DNA of 64,000 bases, taken from positions 48,797 to 112,796 of the forward strand of contig JAHLTZ010000051.1 in NCBI GenBank assembly GCA_025786725.1. The letters run 5' to 3'. The position numbers and the translations under genes were made by a program. The first letter of the stretch is position 1. Every line of letters starts with the position of its first letter. Source of the stretch: Syncephalis fuscata S228 (lineage: Eukaryota; Fungi; Zoopagomycota). Below are positions 1-12,165 of the stretch, piece by piece. Under the pieces are notes generated by a model. That model was not told where the DNA came from. It ran no database searches and saw only the letters and a list, made by a program, of their open reading frames with translations.

Positions 1-85
1 GCCCCATGTTCAATAGATTGAATGTGCAGTTCGATTGCGCGAATGTTATTAAAATAGTCATTTGACCCCCAAGTTATGTTAAATA
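1..85 (-). repeat. M-family terminus, reverse orientation, truncated by the window start
   Basis: Reverse complement (..TTGGGGGTCAAATGACT..TAACATTCGCGCAATCGAACT..TCTATTGAACATGGGGC) aligns with 12024-12105 and the other M copies. Confidence 0.8.
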
Positions 86-803
86 GGTAATAAATTGTTT
101 AATGGTATAATAGAAATAAAGAACTACTAACTGATATTATCTGTAATAAACTATAGTGATATGAGGCGTGCTGCAATAAAACCGAACAAAAAGAGCATTG
201 GGCGGTCCAGTCGACAAGATCATGTCGCGTTTCGTCACGCGCAGCTCTTTCCTCTTTCCGTTTCTCGTCTCATCCACCTTCGCACGCTGTCAAATTCTGT
301 CCCTCATTCACACGCTGTCAGCTTCTGTCACCGCACCTCATCCTCACTCCCGTTGGTCTCTTCAATTCCGCTAGTATGTTTGGTACTGTTAGCATCTTTC
401 TATTAATTCTGCACAATGCCTTCCAAAGGACCACGAAGCGCACTAAAAGAGGTCTTGTACAATCCAAGATAAGCTTATCCCGGCAGCAATAGACACATGT
501 TTCTCCGCATCATATACCTTCTATCTGCTCTGCACCTATTGTGACATCTGCAGGGCGTCAAAGAGGGAACTATGAGCCATTCCATGTCTCACATGCCTCT
601 TTACCTGTCATTGCTGTCAAGCTGGCGCATCATGAGTCTACGTGACTCTGTCGCTCTCTCTTTTATCTATCTTTTACTTGCTTTCTCTTTCTCGGCCTTC
701 TCGTTCTTACTCTACTACTACCTGACCTTGCCATTGTCTGTAACCTTGTTACTTTCTTTTTGTTGCAGATCAAGATCAACCAGTCTCAGCAGCACCTGAA
801 GTG

Positions 804-3669
804 ATGTCGGCGGTCTGGGTCAAGCTTCTTCAAGCTGCACCGAACAGTTCACGATTTGCAAAGCTAGGCATTGGTAAAGTCCTAGTCGAGAGCAAGATCT
901 CCAGCCGAAAACTCAATGTTGCTGACCTTCGCAAAACACTTATCACCAATGTTGCTTTCAGAAACAAGCTGGTGGGCATGGGCTCGTCCGAACTCCAAGT
1001 CTACAAGAATGAGGCTGACGCCGGCGATCCGGGAAAAGCTATCAAGTTAAGCAAGAAACTCAGCGAGCTTATAGAAGAAAACGGCTACGACAACCCGCTA
1101 ATCGTTGTAACGCCACCCAAGCCTGGTAAGTAGTTTTGCTCTAAAGACCAGCAGTCAATATAATTCCTTTCTCTGCTGTTCCCCTTGCTTTACATCTAAG
1201 TATGTAGTGCTAATATTTAATTCATCTTCCCATTACTCCGATATAATCCATGTGTCTGTCCTCTCTCGTGCCTCTACTTCGCTTTCTGACCATTTTTCAG
1301 ATTGATTACGTCCTAGTGAATATAATTAACCTTTTCTAAATACTCACTTGTGTAACCTTGTACTGATTACCTAACGTTATTTTTTATTACCTTTTTTGAT
1401 CATGTAGCAACATTTATCCAGCAGACGTCTGTTCCGTATGATCACATTGAGAAGGAATTGAGAATTATTTTCCAAGGCCTCAACCATCATTTCACCCGCC
1501 CTGTCGATCCAAAGGATGTTGAAGCTTCGCAAAGAAGTATACTAGGACCCTTTTACAAAAAAAGTCTACCATATCGCCAAACAGCAACAAATATAAGTCT
1601 AGTGATGTTAGGAATTAAATTGAACAAGCAAGCAAGCGACAGTAATGGCAAGACTCTTCGTTCAATTGTCGAGAACGACATCGGAAAATTGAGTAATTAT
1701 TGTACAGTGGCCATGGTTGCCCCGTCCGCTTCAGGAAAGACTGCAACAGTCATTGACCTTGCAAGCAAGCATTTTGTCATTTATTGTGTCTGTTGCATAC
1801 CGAATTTAATCGCTGCGGAGTTTATGGACCAAAACTTTATTACGCTTGTAGAGGATGTCGAGGAAATATACTGGGCCATTGTTAACAGGAATCAGGGAAG
1901 TTGGTACGGGCCACAGGACATTGATTCCGAAGTAAAATCACGAGTGGTAGAACGCGTCAAGCTCGAATTCCTTGCACGAATGCTCTTCCTTCAGTATCTC
2001 CTGGAAAACAACCCTGATTTAAAGCCGCAGCAGTTCTTCCATGAGCAGATTACTGCAGGTAGCTTGACTATCGGCGAGCTAGTTAGCAAGCTGCGGAAAT
2101 ACGACAACTACACAATCCAAGCCATGCTTAATAAAGTCCAAACCAAGCTTCGGTCCCATTTATCTTCCAAAAAACTTGGAATGGTAATTGCTCTGGATGA
2201 AGCTCAGGTTGCGGTGACTAGGATCTTATCCAATAAGCTTATTTCTCCGTCCGCTTTGATCAAGAACAAAGATACCCTTTTTGATGACAAGAATCAAATA
2301 CAACCTCGCTTCCGCCGCGGCTTTCTTACGCTTTTATCAGCTACTCTGCGCAATATGCAGGCGACACTGGTAATACTAGGCACAGCAACCTCATTGCAGG
2401 ATACCGAACATGTGTACTCGGCCATCGCCAAACAAACCAATTTTTTGAGGATAACGAACTTTCCGAGCTTCGATGAAGGCGATGTGAGCAGGCTATACTC
2501 GGATCTAATCGACATGTCAGGCTGTGAAATTCCGCCTGCCAAACTCCGCCTGCTAACAGGACGACCTCGATTTTCCATTTTCGTCATCAACCGTCTCGCC
2601 GCGTTTCGCGCTTTTCAAGACTCTAAACAAGCTACTTTGGAGCACGCTATTTACAAGTCGATTGAGTATACGATGAGTGGTCTTCGGGCCATGATACACA
2701 CCATTCTTGACAACGATCGAACAGGCGAGGCAACTCGGCTTCTCTCTCGGATGGTAATGGCTTATCATCTTCACGGTGGCAAAGTATCCTTCTTGAGCAA
2801 GGGCCAGTTTGACTTTGTGGACAAGGCTCTGTGCAAACTACGATCACATTACGGTACATTCACTTGGTCATGGACGAGCCAATAGTTGTTGAGACAGTGC
2901 AGGAAGAGCTAAAGGCTTAGACAATAATCCGGTGTTCTTGGAGCACCTAAATCAGATGTACCAGGTTGTCACCAACTTTGGCATCACTTCAGCTTCAAAA
3001 AGAGATGCGTTGGGGCCACTTGTTCGTCAATCACTTCAACGCTTCAATGGCTACCGTCTTGTTGGTCTTCCTTTTCTTCAAGGCGTCACATTGCCCGCCT
3101 GGTGCAACAATCTCCAGCTCCAAATTGATGAGATTAACACTGCCAACGGATTTGGATACACCGACAGTGGTGTCCGTGCAGATCTCGCCTTCCTCACCGA
3201 ATGTCCTCCGAATAAGATGCTTATTGCAATAATGGCACATGTCCGGACGGAGTCTGGTTTTTTTCTGACAAACGTTACGCCGGCTCTCTTGCGATCAAGC
3301 TCCGCAGCGACCGTCTGAAGCAGTCCACCCACGAATCAAACGAAACTTCCAGCAATATTCGAAGTTGCTTTTTGAAACAGAGTCGTGCCAACGTGATTCA
3401 ATCACTGGCAGACATTCGACATGACTTTGAGGCTTCGGGTACTCCGTCCAACCTCAGGGGCATCCTCCGCATCCATCTTGATTCCCTGGCGTCCGGACGG
3501 TAATCCAGTTACCTATATCAAAAAGGACCCTGCGACTGGTATTGAGGATGTAATGGTGTATATAGACCTTTCGAATCTGGACGATTTTTTTTTCGAGGGC
3601 ATCGCAGAAAACAAGGACGATATGGTCAAATTGAAAAAGCTGATCAAATTCGTCTCCATCTCAGAGTAA
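804..3669 (+). CDS. Crinkler (CRN)-type effector: N-terminal ubiquitin-like header, P-loop NTPase, C-terminal restriction-endonuclease-like domain; several frameshifts
   Basis: Exon 1 MSAVWVKL..VADLRK..LQVY..NPLIVVTP resembles a CR-Ubl header; GT-AG intron 1126-1407 joins in frame to the 1458 ORF; Walker A APSASGKT and Walker B IALDEAQ; PDGVWF..SLAIK near 3245-3300 fits a PD-(D/E)xK-like motif; frame breaks near 2855, 3230-3270 and 3480. Confidence 0.75.
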
Positions 3670-4369
3670 AGATCGTTTAGAAATAACACTACAATTTCTA
3701 ATTCGAATTCTCTACTTTTTTGTCCATATGCCTTACGTTCTAGCGTTTCTTCATTGTTTTATACGACTTTCGAGCGCTGCCAGCTGTCCTACTGCAACGC
3801 GTGTTAGACGCGTCGAGACTAATTTTTCACGCCGTCAACTGGTCATCGTATACATCCTACTTGTGGTAAATACAACTCAAAAAACGCAATACAAAAATAT
3901 GCTCTGTAAGGATTAGTACTAATAGTATTGAAACAGTAGTTGATGTCGAAATAAACGTTTTATTGAAGAGTAAATACAAATTACTAATGAAACAGCTATA
4001 CGAAAAGAAAGCGTATTGTTATAAATAATAACATAACATGATGAACATGTATAAATATGGCAGTATTTACTATCGATATATTTATACAGATACTGAGTGT
4101 AATATTATATGATAAAAACAAATAATGAAAAATGAATATACAACGTTAGGTAAAAGTATAAATGAATACATTTATTTAATAGTAGATATTATAGTGTACA
4201 TTTGTAAATATATAAATAATTATTTAATGTAGTATAAAATTGGAAAATTAGAAAAATAGACAGTCGCTAAATTTAATTTTATTAATTTTATTTAATAAAT
4301 AAAATCTGCCAAATATCTACTAAACTATCTAAAAAAGCTATATTTAACAGTATTAAAAAACTGAGAGCC

Positions 4370-5962
4370 GCTGTTGACGAGTTTAAGCTTGTTAGCGGCT
4401 GTGATTTTAATAGGAAAAATAGTGATTCAACAAGATTGCAGCTTATTTGTCCTCATAAAGACCGTTACAGCAACAAATATCAGTTTATTTTGACTGCCAG
4501 AAAGCAGAAAACTGGCCTAATAAAGATTATCCAGTGCAATATTAAACATTTTAATGGTTGTTCATATGATTTGGCAATAATACTATTAAATTTATTATTA
4601 AGTCCATTACAAATGATGTTACTACACTTTCAAATATGAAATTAAAAGATGCACAAGTGAAAGTATTAAGTACATATTTAATTATTTAATATACACTAAC
4701 AATTATATCAGCTATTTATTTATTAAAGATTACCTTGTCAAATTCAAACACTTTAATACTGACTCTGTTCAGCACTTTTTGCAAAACTAGTCTGGTAATT
4801 TTGAAAGAACATTTTTATGTCATTTGGCATTTATCAAAGCTTACCAGTATACTCGTAAAGTACTGGTAATTGATAGCTGCCATTTAAGATATTCTTATAA
4901 CGGTGTTACTCTTGCTGCAGTTGTTAAATATGGAAATAACAATATTTTTCCTTTGGTTGGTGCTATAATATCTCATGAAATAAAAACAACTGGGTTTATT
5001 TTTTTAAACATTTATTAGATTTGATACTTGAATTAAAAGAAAAAACCAAGCTATTGTTAGCGACAGAAATAAAAAAATACATTCTTTGGTAAAAATTGTA
5101 TTTCTCTTGGCGCGCCACTCTGCATGCATTGCTCATATCGAAAAAACAAATGCTGAATTTAAAACAAAGCTTTAACTAGTAAAGAGGTTGCTGCTATTTA
5201 TATTTATTTAAATTACATTCAAAGTACTAATTTATTTTCTAGATTTAATGAAAATGATACGGTCATTAAATGAGCCAGCCTATAACAATCTAATAAACTC
5301 AGCAAAAAACTGGGCTAGATTGTTTTTTAAATAGCCAAGATTCGGTTGAGTTTAGATTCATCAGAACCATTGAACTCGTGGATGAATGATCCTTGGAACA
5401 AATCCCATTATCAGTTTTTCACTGGATTTGTCATTAAAGTTGGAACTTTATTAAATAGCCGTAGGATTAAGTATCCACAAGCTCAAGAATTGTTATCTAA
5501 TAATACCCGATTGTTGTATAATTCAACGTTAACTGACGCCAATAATTATATAGTTGACAATTATTTGGATACCAAATTTTAAGTTAAAGATACTAAGTCC
5601 GGTATTGTCAGAACAGTATATTTAACTAAAAAACCTGCACGTATGGGTACTGGGAAAAAATAAAGCTTGTTTGTAGTCATGTAGCAATAATTTTGAAGAA
5701 TCTTAAGCTTTTATTAAATAATTTTATTGATAAATCTTACACCATTGATTATTTAAGCAAATTATCTGTTTCATATATTTGTCCGGTTGAAATAGAATCA
5801 ATTACCGCAGATATTTTGTGTTTGCCACCGAAAATAACGAAAAAAGCCGGTAGACCAAGAGTTAAAAGAATCAGATCTTGTGGTGAAGCTTTGGAAGCCT
5901 CGCAACGATATGCTTGTCGTAATTGTAGCTCAAAGGACACAATACAAGAACATACACTGTAA
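4370..5962 (+). pseudogene. MULE/MuDR-type transposase relic (MULE DDE domain, SWIM finger, C-terminal Zn knuckle)
   Basis: VLVIDSCHL..NNIFPLVGAI; IVSDRNK; SSEPLNSWM; CTYGYW..LVCSH; PPKITKKAGRPRVKRIRS..CRNC..GHN.RT; many stops and frameshifts. Confidence 0.85.
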
Positions 5963-6179
5963 ACGCTAGAATTAATAATGTTGAAACAAGCACCTTTATT
6001 GAATAGCAACTACAAATTACTAATGAAACGGCTATAAAAAAGAAGACAAGTCATTAAAGAATGTTTAATTTGTAATGAACGCCATTAGAAAAAACAAAGT
6101 GTGGAGCAAATAGAGAATGATTTTATTAATTAATAAATTTAATGAATTTTTAAAAAGAATTTATATGATAAAATTAGAA

Positions 6180-6560
6180 ACAATGTATGGCAAAGACTGC
6201 ATATGAATAAATTGCAGACGCTTCGGGCTTTTCTAAAGAATTGTTCCAAATATGCATATGGCGGCTCGAGGGCAAGGGGGATTAAATAAGGCGTCGGCCA
6301 CCAATGGCCTTCAGAGTCCATAAGAATATGGCGTGGAGAGGCGAAAGCCGTCCTGGAGATTGTAAGTAATACGTACGCAAATGTACCAAGAAAAAGCAGG
6401 CGTGCTTGTTGGATATTGAAACAAGCGGGAAAATAAGAAATGGTAATTGATTTTTGTACAGCTGATGAAATAATGTATTGTATTCATAAATGCTACATAG
6501 CAACGGAAGCTGGCAAAAAGGGGGAGACGAGAACTCAACCTAAAGCGACGACCAGGAGTA
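6180..6560 (+). pseudogene. Possible integrase H2C2 zinc-binding domain relic
   Basis: Fragments GVGH..VSNTYANVPR and EMVIDFC resemble the GH..Y.N.PR..V..F..C..C pattern; broken and short. Confidence 0.2.
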
Positions 6561-6715
6561 TATTTGGAAAATCTATGTTGAAAGTTGGAAGTTGCGTAAG
6601 AGTTGTGTGTCCCAGGAAAGAGTGCACTTTATCCATCTTGGTGGAAGTGCAATTCGTTCAGTTCATTGTCCACCAAATTTAATTTTTTTAATTTTGCGCA
6701 GTTATCAAATTCAGC

Positions 6716-7370
6716 TCAAATAAGGTTACATTCTTGGGCATAAGCTTCTTTTAGTCTAGTCAAATTAAAGCAAAACAGCTGTTCTATCATATCCATATAA
6801 CAATATAGCTTTTCTAGATTGGGAAAGTCTTTAACATTCAAAGCTCTAAGGTTATTGTTATTACAATAAAAAGTTTTCAATCCTTTGCAATTGGCTATCT
6901 CTAACTCTTTTAACCAATTAAAAAAAACATAGATGCGCTCTAATTTGGAAAAATTATTGAGTTTCAATGCTTCAATCTCGTTGTTGCAGCCTTGGATATT
7001 GACTAGATTAGGGCAATTCTCAATGATGACACCACTCAATCCGCAGCCATCAAATTTAACAACCTTTAAGTTGGGACAATTTTTGATGACTAGTGTTTTG
7101 CCCTTTCATCCTTTATCATTGTCGTCCAAGCATATACAGTCTCCCTCTTATCCATCAGATTCATTTTGAACAGCCTTTATGTTTTGATACTGCTCTTCTA
7201 TTTATACTACATTTCTCTTTTGGTTCTTAATGATATCAGTAACCTCTTTCAAATAAGCTTCATAAGACCTGCGAACTTCGCCGGAGATACTACTATCTCT
7301 TCAAATACCTTTCTAACTTTTTTGTAAATTTCGTTTTGTTCTACAATAATAATTGGTGATATGATACATA
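6716..7370 (-). pseudogene. Leucine-rich-repeat protein relic, intronless
   Basis: Repeats IKNCPNLKVV, IENCPNLVNI..NN.I..L, IANCKGLKTFYCNNNNLRAL, FPNLEKLYC; in-frame stops upstream of 7039. Confidence 0.75.
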
Positions 7371-8459
7371 ATCGTGAGCAATAGAAAGAGAGAGCAAATT
7401 GTCAACCAACGCTCTATCTATAATATAGTTTTAGCATAAAACTGATGCTGCAGTACCAAGAATGTGCGAAAACCGACAGCCATGCCTAAAGTTAACACTG
7501 TAAGGCGAATATTGACTCATTAAAACAGCGTGGAACGGAAAAAGAGCCAGAATGAAATGCTCGAAACTTGATTCTTGAACAATGTTAAATGTTCACTTTG
7601 TCTGGTTTTATTGCAGTGCGCCTCATATTATTAAAATACAGTAACAAGTATAAACATATGTAAATGTATAGAATATGAATAGAAATAATTTACATACTTT
7701 CTATTATTAGTAAAATCTAACTAGTTATATGGCAGTTCTCCATGTAGGCAAAAAATAGCATTTGAAATATGACAAAAAGTGTATAATTTAGTGTGGGAAA
7801 ATTAGAAAATTATAGTTACCAAATATGGTAATGGCACAAGTAAAAAACAGCTATTACAACTACACTCTGCAACCTGGCGCTTTAAATAATAAGCGTATAC
7901 TATCCATTGGCTTTTTAGTACTTTTATTCAATAAAATATGGTGCTCAACACCAGTTTAAACAAAAAATGTCTTTTATCGTTTCAGTCTTATTAACATTTG
8001 TGTAACACTTTGGAGTACTTGCCTCATCACGCCATTGGACGCACAGTCGGTCCAGTGCATTTTTCTTTTGCCGTCGCAGCTAGAGGGTAGCACAGCAGAT
8101 TTTTTGGCTATTGCTCATCAACGACCAATGGCAATACGACGATGTTTAGTAGAATGGGCAATAGAGATATGGCATTCTCATTGGGGCGATAGATAAAATA
8201 TGAAGATCATCTAGAAAAAAAACGGTGTATGTATCACATATTGTCTTGCCCACGTTGTTCCAACTGAACAAGAATAGAAGCACTTTTGCTACTAGTACCG
8301 CTTTTCCATTTTTCGCACGAACTCTCTATTTAACCGACGTGCTCGTGACCCCACGACCGTTGCAACGTTCGTTTCAACTTTTCCTATTGACACTCGTTTG
8401 CTATTGTAGTTCACACATACTACTGCTCTACTCCTCCATTACTACTACGCCTGACTCCT

Positions 8460-10615
8460 ATGAGTATACTCCTAGCCCGTTCGCTTGCACTTACTGGACG
8501 TCGAATTGGAGAACGCGCTGTGCGTGCTTCAGATATACGGGCATCGCCGCCATCGTTCCCAAGTACACATCGCTTATTGTGGACTGGCCAGCAACATCGT
8601 CGCATCCTACATACGGCCAACGAAACAGTTACGCAGCAACTAAGCCACCGTTCGAGCAATACTCGCCACTCGACTCGCCTATCAAGCACCGCCCTTTACG
8701 CTGCATTTGGTATCGGTGTAGCGGCTGTTCTACTTGATCCAGAGCCATTATTTTCAAATCGAACCGATGTTATGGCAGAAGCTGCAGATCCTAGCGACCA
8801 GGGGCGTCGTTCGGACGCCAATCTGGCGCTGATACACCGTACATTTGATGAGCGATCCACTGTATCGTTGCTTCGTTCACTACTCATTTATGAGATGTGT
8901 GCCTATCCACAGCTTGTCTCACTTGCCTCTAAGGTAATCAGCCTTGCCGAACGACTACCGCTACTCAATCTACCGGTACGGTTTGCGGTGCGTGAGACGG
9001 CCTTTCGCCAGTTCTGTGGCGGCGAAACCGTCGAAGAAACGCTACCTTTACTTATCCGTATGCACAGCCAAAATATTACAGGTATTTTGGATTTATCAAT
9101 TGAGGCGGACGTTGGCGAAGCCACACGTAATATGTCGGAAGATGCGGCAGCTACAGCTCGTCGCGAACCAGACACGTATTGGCAAACGAACCGACAAGGC
9201 CAAGCAGCGCGTGCTGACCATGTGATGAAGTTGGTGGAGCGCGGAATCCTTGCTGGCAAAGCGGCACCCGGCACGTTTTTCGCCGTTAAATGTACAGCAC
9301 TTGCTTCTGATCCTGAGGTGTTTGAGCGATGGAGCGCGGCACTTCGTAATGCTCGGCTAGAATTCGACGAACTTACCGGCCGACCCGTTGAAAAGTCGGC
9401 CGCTATCGATCCACCCGTTAATCCAAGCGAATTCGACGCTAAACAAATACGCCAGCAGCTAAATGAATATACTATCGATGAATCTGATTTCATTGCACTT
9501 GCTTGGCCTTATTTGTCGACAGATACCGGCTCTGATGTACCAATGAGTGCACCACAGACAGAGCGTCAATTAAAAATGCTTTTTCAGCAACTTGATAGTC
9601 AAAAACGTGGCCGATTAGACTGGGCCGATTATGTACAACTATTCAACAGTGAACGTCTACGCAGTGGACAAATACGTTTATTACCCGATGAAGCTGACAA
9701 CTGTAAAGGATTGAAGCCAGCCTCATCGGCTGACAAAATAAAACAAAACGAGATTTACTGCTGTCTGCATCCAGATACGCAGGTCGAAGTACTTGAAGCA
9801 CTTGATCGTCTTGAACGACTTTGCGATGCATCAATTGCCAAAGAATCGGGCGAAACTTCAGTTCGATTAATGATTGATGCGAACAAAGTTATTTACAGCC
9901 GGCCATTGCTTACCTTGCTCGTCAAGTGGCCATTAAATATAACAAGTCCGGCGTTGATACGCCGCAGATCTACGACACCTACCAGCTTTATCTTCGTCAT
10001 GGATTAAGACATCTTATTGAAGATATTGTTATGGCCGAACGTAATGGATATCGTTGGGCTGGAAAGCTTGTACGCGGTGCTTATGTGTCGACTGAACGTC
10101 GATATGCCGAGGAACAAGGTCAACCGAGTGCCATTTGGCCATCAAAGCCAGATACCGATCGTTCGTATGATGCGGGCGCGGCGGTTGCTATCGAGCTAGC
10201 CAGCAATGATGCAGCTCATGTTGTGGTGGCTACCCACAATAACATTTCGGTGGTCAAGGCAGTTCAGCTGATGGAAAAGCTAAATACTGATGGCAGTAGC
10301 CAATCTCTAAAGCAACGTATTCATTTCGCTCAGCTACTTGGCATGGGCGAATTGATTTCTGCACGTATTACCGAACAAGGCTACCAGTCGGCCAAGTATG
10401 TGCCTTATGGACCGGTCCAGGAAGTTGTGCCATATCTTTTACGTCGTGCCGAGGAGAATGGTGCGATGTTTGTCAGCCCAAGTGCCGCACCCATCGAAGA
10501 TACTGAGACGGAGAACTTTGGCGACAATGGCCCAGGTGAAGACCGTAGCGCAGTAATCCATGTTTTGCGCGAACGTCTAGGCTGGCGCCGCTGGGTCGGT
10601 CTGCGTCAAGTGTAA
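8460..10615 (+). CDS. PUT1: Mitochondrial proline dehydrogenase with EF-hand-like insert, intronless; one frameshift at about 9880
   Basis: FRQFCGGET, GILDLSIE, AVKCTAL, MIDA-EQSYLQPAI, TYQLYLR, KLVRGAY, ATHN, FAQLLGM, KYVPYGPV.EV.PYLLRRAEEN; Arg/Ser-rich presequence; DSQKRGRLDWADY. Confidence 0.93.
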
Positions 10616-10831
10616 TTGTTTACCGCGCAGTAGAACAAACATCTCATTGACTACCAAGCCAACAGTCTCCTTGGCAATTAAAACGTATCCATACTACATC
10701 CAGCTTTATCTTTGTTTATGTATCCAAGAATAGCCAATTACATATAAATAAATTGCTATATCATGTCCATACACTTTATTAAATTGTTCTACATTTTGCT
10801 ACTTTACATTAATTACAATTGTTTTTTTATT

Positions 10832-11857
10832 ATGCAATCCACAGTCCGATCTTTAATGGCCGCGCTTCTATTATGCGCTTTGGTCGGTAGTGTCACGGCT
10901 GTTGCCGATACTACCGCATCTGACGCTAAACAGAAGCCAAGCCAGCCACAAGCCTCGAATACGCTTTCCGGCCCATTGGGATCGATCGATATTAGCGGTC
11001 TGTACATGCCTGTAGGTAGCAGTGTCGCCGGTGACATTATTGTTACAGTGCCTGATGATATTGATGGATCTATTGCTCATCAAATGTTTTCAAAGGAAAC
11101 AAAATTAAATGGCGCAGGAAATGAGCCACGGCCCATCATTCGTGCCATTGTCGATGGCCATGGCAAGGAAGAAGTGACGTCGGAGCATGCTGCGAACGAA
11201 GGAGCCAAATCTAATAGCAAGTCTCAATCGGAACAGGCACAATCTAAGCATGGACAGTCGAATGATAAGCAAGGTAACAATGATAAGCATGCTGAAAATA
11301 AACATGCTGAAGAGAAGCATACGGAGGAGAAACACGTGGAAGAAAAGCACACTGAAGAGAAGCAATCTCAAGCTGCTGCCAATACAGTAAAGCCCGATGC
11401 TGAATCTTCAAATACAAAAACACAAGCAGCCAAACAAGCGGCGGCCACATCTACTGCTAACGATAAAGCATCGGCACAGTCGAATAATGATCGCAAAGCA
11501 CCGTCAGCTACTAGTGCCACGACTACAGATAAGCCCGACTTGGATAACATTATTCATTCGATGATTCATGAACAAGGTACGGCTGAACCAGCTGCTACTA
11601 AAGCTTCTGAAAAGTCGGCATCCAGTGATAGCAAGTCATCTAATGCCGACCAAGCAACATCAACTGCTTTAGCTTCACATCCAGCGAGTGCTTCAGCTTC
11701 ATCACGTACCATTTCGCCATCGTCATCGCCGCGTCGTAGCATCACCTCGAATCAAATTGATCCAACAGGTGCCGCTAATACGCTTGTTTTTGGTACGGGA
11801 GCACCTGTAGTTGCAGGATTTGCGCTGTTATGCTCAACGCTTGTCTTTCTATTTTAA
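10832..11857 (+). CDS. Secreted Ser/Ala/Thr-rich, probably GPI-anchored cell-surface protein with (A/T/V)EEKH repeats
   Basis: Signal peptide MQSTVRSLMAALLLCALVGSVTA; low-complexity body; C-terminal TGAA plus hydrophobic tail VVAGFALLCSTLVFLF. Confidence 0.8.
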   Translation: MQSTVRSLMAALLLCALVGSVTAVADTTASDAKQKPSQPQASNTLSGPLGSIDISGLYMPVGSSVAGDIIVTVPDDIDGSIAHQMFSKETKLNGAGNEPRPIIRAIVDGHGKEEVTSEHAANEGAKSNSKSQSEQAQSKHGQSNDKQGNNDKHAENKHAEEKHTEEKHVEEKHTEEKQSQAAANTVKPDAESSNTKTQAAKQAAATSTANDKASAQSNNDRKAPSATSATTTDKPDLDNIIHSMIHEQGTAEPAATKASEKSASSDSKSSNADQATSTALASHPASASASSRTISPSSSPRRSITSNQIDPTGAANTLVFGTGAPVVAGFALLCSTLVFLF

Positions 11858-12023
11858 TTGCCAATAAAGACTCAGTGGTCTCTTATTATATTGACCACTT
11901 TACTGCTGATTTGTTCGATAATACTGCTTTTTGGTATCAAATGACATGCTTTATTACATTAATTACTCCACTACTCTTTCTATTATTGCTATTGCATCGA
12001 TATTAACTAATTGATTGACAATA

Positions 12024-12165
12024 CATTATGATTTGGGAGTCAAATGGCTAAACTCGATAACATTTGCGCAATTGAACTATGCATTCGTTCTATTAAATAT
12101 GGGACTGGGCGGTGAATGGCATCAGTAATCTAAACACTCATTATTATAGATTTATTATCCAATAT
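12024..12165 (+). repeat. M-family terminus
   Basis: ATTTGGGAGTCAAATGG..CTATTAAATATGGGACTGGGCGGTGAATGGCATCAG..ACTCATTATTATAGATTTATTATCCA. Confidence 0.8.

Larger units (their letters stand above)
159..7628. mobile_element. Putative TIR-bounded composite element carrying a Crinkler gene, MULE relic and LRR relic
   Basis: 159-199 and the reverse complement of 7588-7628 match at 34/41 nt without gaps (ATATGAGGCG..CTGCAATAAAACC..ACAAA..GA.CATT); ends read TA|TGAGG...CCTCA|TA; the enclosed cargo is entirely accessory. Confidence 0.6.

Noticed and set aside
203-3845. Inner inverted repeat around the CRN gene (CCAGT.GAC..CGCGT..CACGCG)
   Set aside because: Only short gapped matches and no target duplication
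9870-9890. Frameshift in PUT1 (and in the CRN gene, kinase 2 and the orphan ORF) as programmed frameshifting or pseudogenisation
   Set aside because: Isolated single-base losses in otherwise intact conserved genes, with no slippery site; long-read consensus error is more parsimonious. Short-read polishing would decide.
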